DNA of 64,000 nt from Botryllus schlosseri (taxonomy: Eukaryota): assembly GCA_051294905.1 (NCBI GenBank), contig CM119374.1:17422001-17486000 (forward strand), in the 5' to 3' direction. The notes under the pieces were generated by a model, which had not been told where the DNA came from, did no database searches, and was given only the letters and a program-made list of their open reading frames with translations. Of this stretch, positions 60,801 to 64,000 are shown piece by piece (the stretch's first letter is position 1; each line of letters opens with the position of its first letter). Made by a program: the position numbers and the translations under genes.

Positions 60801-63800
60801 CTCAAAATAGTCGGTTCAACAGTTATAGTACAGATATTTCGTCATAGGAGCTATATTTACTATATATTTTCAATATGAATATATTATGACGTCACAAATG
60901 AATATTCGTGACGTTATGGCTTAAAACAACACAATAAAAAACATGTTTTAAATTAGGGCCTCGTTTTAAACAAGTTTGTTTTAATCCATCTAAATGAGGA
61001 TATATGGTAAATAGAAGGAAAAAGGACTCGTCAGTGAATATAAATAGTCGAGTATGAAGTACAAGCACGTAAAACCTACTTGATGGCTTTAGAAATCGCT
61101 ACCAATCACATCCGCGAGCTTTTAGATTTATACAGATGCGAGACACGCCGTAGACTCGTAAAGCAAACCTGAACCGTAGTCCCATTTCTGCGTCTTTCCC
61201 GAGGTCACCAGTTGCGACATATGGATCAAATTGTGCAAAGACGTGCCGGATGGCGTCTTGGCTAGGAATACTGGAAGCCGATCATTATGATAATGATCGA
61301 CATTAAACCCGGCCAGAAACAACAGCAGGTTTTGCCCGTGGTACGACAGCGGGCTATCTTTTGCCATTCTGAAAAGAAAATACAGTTATTCTGCCCTGGT
61401 CGTTGTGCACACCACTCAATAATGACGAACAACAGTTGAGCTTGTTACACTTAAGGCACTGCGATATAAATGTGATGCGGCCCCAAATTAAAGTTGTGGT
61501 GTGAAAACATTGACAGTAGCCATCTCCTCAAGAAATCCATCGTATTGCAACTGCCAATAAAATATTTTCACTAGTGGTCCTATTGCATTAGCTATCTCTG
61601 TGGTATCGAGATCATTCGCCATCACGCGTCAATGCTTTGTACTCCTTTGCGAAATTTCTGGAAAACGTTTCTCCATTGTTGCACTTTCTCGACACGAGCC
61701 CTGTCTTGTTCCATTTCGTTACTTTACGGGGAATCTACGTAATATGTCACTTACTTTGCTTCCTCTGGAAGATGCAACAGCACAGACTCTGATTGCAACT
61801 TGGAGCACATATATATATATTGTCTATGTATAAGGTTGGTCTGTACGCTATATGCCACACTGTGAATCCATGGGTGGAAAATAGGTGTATTTATCAGATT
61901 CCCACCATGGAGGGGGTGTAAATCAGGTAAACGGCTCTTTCAGTAGACTGTGCTTTTACGCGTATTCCAACCGGTATAAATGAGTCAAATACAAAGATTA
62001 CTACGGAGATATATCACAGGGTGTAGCGGGTTCTGTTTTCATGTACCACCCCATGAAGTCCATAAAGGTGGTATACGCAAACATAACTCAGTATACACCC
62101 CTGGGATATATTTCAAAAAGTAAGGATTGTTGTGTTCAACTCATTTTCACCCATTGAAAGGGTGTAAAATACAATTTGGTACTTGGGAGTGACATTAACC
62201 TCTTTGCACCCCACGTTATGGTGCAAAGCTGATATATACACCTATCTTACCACGCAGGGATTTACAGTGTGACATATAGCGTACAGACCAACCTCATACA
62301 TAGACAATACATATATATGTGCTCCAAGTTGCAATCAGAGTTGACCACTGACCAGGTTGGGCGTATGTTTACTAGGCGTTATACATCGAAAGTATGTTAC
62401 TTGTGCATTTTAGCTGACAACCACTGGCTAATCTTCGAGCTGGGCAAGATTTCCGCTCCTCCAAATAAAGAAACTCCGAATTGGGCCACTTCCGTCAGAC
62501 CAGACAGCAGCTTGATAGGGCTTCGGATATGACCCAGAGTAGCCACGGGCGCCAGCGCTATCATCAAGTGTATCTTTTCGTTGAAGCTTGGATCTTCCGC
62601 GAGTCTGGCGAAGGCGATGAGGGTACCCTGAGAATTTGTTCATCTTCAATTATTGCTGAGCGAATCATAGAGACCATACAGAGATATCAGGACCAGAGGT
62701 GCAAGTGAGGTAGAAGCAACGCCTTAAATTTTTGGTATTTTACGGTTAGTGCTTTCCGAGACAAGGATGGGCAAACTTCGGCCCGCAACACCGTTTCGCG
62801 CGACCCGCGAAAGCTTCTAGACACGTCGTAAAATATTAATAAAATGCGTATTAAGAATCTAAATTACCGTGGGTACTTGATTCAACTTTCTTTTAATATA
62901 TTTCAACGTGATAATGATAAGTTATATTCCTACCATAGTATTTTCTATGTCATTGATAGTGCGATAACCCGACCTCGAGGCCCCTGCAGTTTGAAAGGTT
63001 TCAATTGCTAAACATCGCAGAAAGTGAAACATAAATGACCTAATCGGACCATGAGTGTAATTTTAAATAGGCAACACAAGCAAGTATATTACTTTTAGTA
63101 GATGGAAAAACCCATTCGCGAGTGTGTTATAGATGGATTCATTCTTTATGTGTGTAGAAGTAATATTTAGATATTGTAGAAGCGTAATTAAAGGGTTATG
63201 ATGCTGTCATCAGCATTGTGTGTCCTGAAGTTTAACCAAAAGTACAATCAGCAAATCGCTGCAGATCGCTGCTCACAGACTCAAATTTACACCCAATTCC
63301 AAGAAACGGGACAACCGACTTTCATCGCTAATTTTGACGATAAGGCTTATAAATTCTCGTCAATGTTTCTGACGCGAGTACGGTATCATTAAATCAATGT
63401 CTGTTTTGTTTTACCTATACAAATGAATGTATAATATTTCCATGTTGTCGGTCACTATATAATCAAATAACAATATTGAATTTTGGCTTAGTATCCTAAT
63501 TTCCTATAGTGCGGCCCGCGAATGGATTAAAATGTTGAATGCGGCTCGCGAGGTAAACGGTTTGTCCGCCCCTGAAGTAGGCGAAACCTACTTGAGTACT
63601 TCGAAAGAGTAGAAGTGCTTCGTTACTGACACTACAAATTGGCTGGATCTTCGTAAATATATCCAGTTACAGTAATACAAGGGATATTTCACGCGAGTCT
63701 CATGACAATTTAACTCACAAAACTACCTTCCACTTTTTAATATCCAAATCGTATTGGTTTGGCGAAAAAATGTGATGCAGTAGTGGATGCTGGTATAAAT

Positions 63801-64000
63801 CACAACCACTTGGGTAAGTAATGAACGCAGTCCAAACCTAGTAGAGTACTCGGAAATAGAGAATACCGGAACCACTGCACTGACTGCGGTCGGTGATAAC
63901 TCGTCTTACCTGAGAATGCCCGACGTAATACAACTTCTCCTGCCCGGTGGCCCTCAACACCGCGTCCACCATAGCCGGCAGGTCGAACTCCGACATGTGC
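57809..64000 (-). CDS. LIPA: Acid lipase of the lysosomal acid lipase / gastric lipase family (5' part beyond the window), C-terminal DDEL
   Basis: Exons >64000-63910, 62401-62627, 61169-61368, 58355-58521 and 57809-57976 are phase-consistent. Motifs [19 protein letters not shown]|GT (nucleophile Ser), [29 protein letters not shown] (Asp) and WDHLDFLWG (His). Family is certain; LIPA versus paralogue orthology is not. Confidence 0.92.
58791..59654. mobile_element. Two tandem hAT MITEs of the TAGGGCAAG family (58791-59169 and 59178-59654)
   Basis: Each has a TAGGGCAAG...(T/G)GCCCTA TIR. The 8-bp flanks are AAAATTAC / CTAATTAC / CTGATTAC, with the middle one shared. Confidence 0.88.
59710..59933. 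mobile_element. MITE, CAGGGGCTATTTC...ACTGACCACCTCCG family
   Basis: Same ends and internal GTAGAAGT motifs as 39337-39545. Confidence 0.6.
61786..62341. mobile_element. Long-TIR (~120 bp) element in a lipase intron
   Basis: ACTCTGATTGCAACTTGGAGCACATATATAT...CACACTGTGAATCC is mirrored by GGATTTACAGTGTG...ATATATATGTGCTCCAAGTTGCAATCAGAGT. No clear TSD. Confidence 0.75.
62762..63574. mobile_element. Old hAT (Charlie-like) MITE
   Basis: Degenerate ends CAAGGATGGGCAAAC / GTTTGTCCGCCCCTG with GGCCCGC subterminal motifs. Confidence 0.55.

Overview
Eukaryotic (metazoan) genomic DNA. It is probably an invertebrate chordate such as an ascidian; this is inferred from divergent chordate-type proteins, many ~60-nt introns and mosaic CpG depletion. 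Four protein-coding genes were reconstructed by hand from splice sites and reading-frame phase. (1) MAD2L2/REV7 on the minus strand, complete with 5 coding exons, 219-3737. (2) A small uncharacterised spliced gene on the minus strand, 5413-~6470, head-to-head with (3). (3) A 43-kb FRMD4A/B-family gene (FERM + cytohesin-binding CUPID coiled coil + very long disordered tail ending GTLV) on the plus strand, 27 coding exons, 11966-55142. (4) The 3' part of an acid lipase (LIPA/LIPF family) on the minus strand, 57809->64000, with an intact catalytic triad and an unusual C-terminal DDEL. Introns contain many non-autonomous DNA transposons (hAT MITEs with 8-bp TSDs, including two fully palindromic foldbacks and a TAATTA-targeting family in tandem, plus a Tc1/mariner MITE), a tRNA-derived SINE and a frameshifted UBE3A HECT fragment. 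The most interesting leads are the putative ER-retained acid lipase, a nested two-TM microprotein ORF, and a CpG-rich internal domain of FRMD4 with candidate alternative first exons that would give FERM-less CUPID isoforms. No CRISPR array, rRNA or true tRNA was found.
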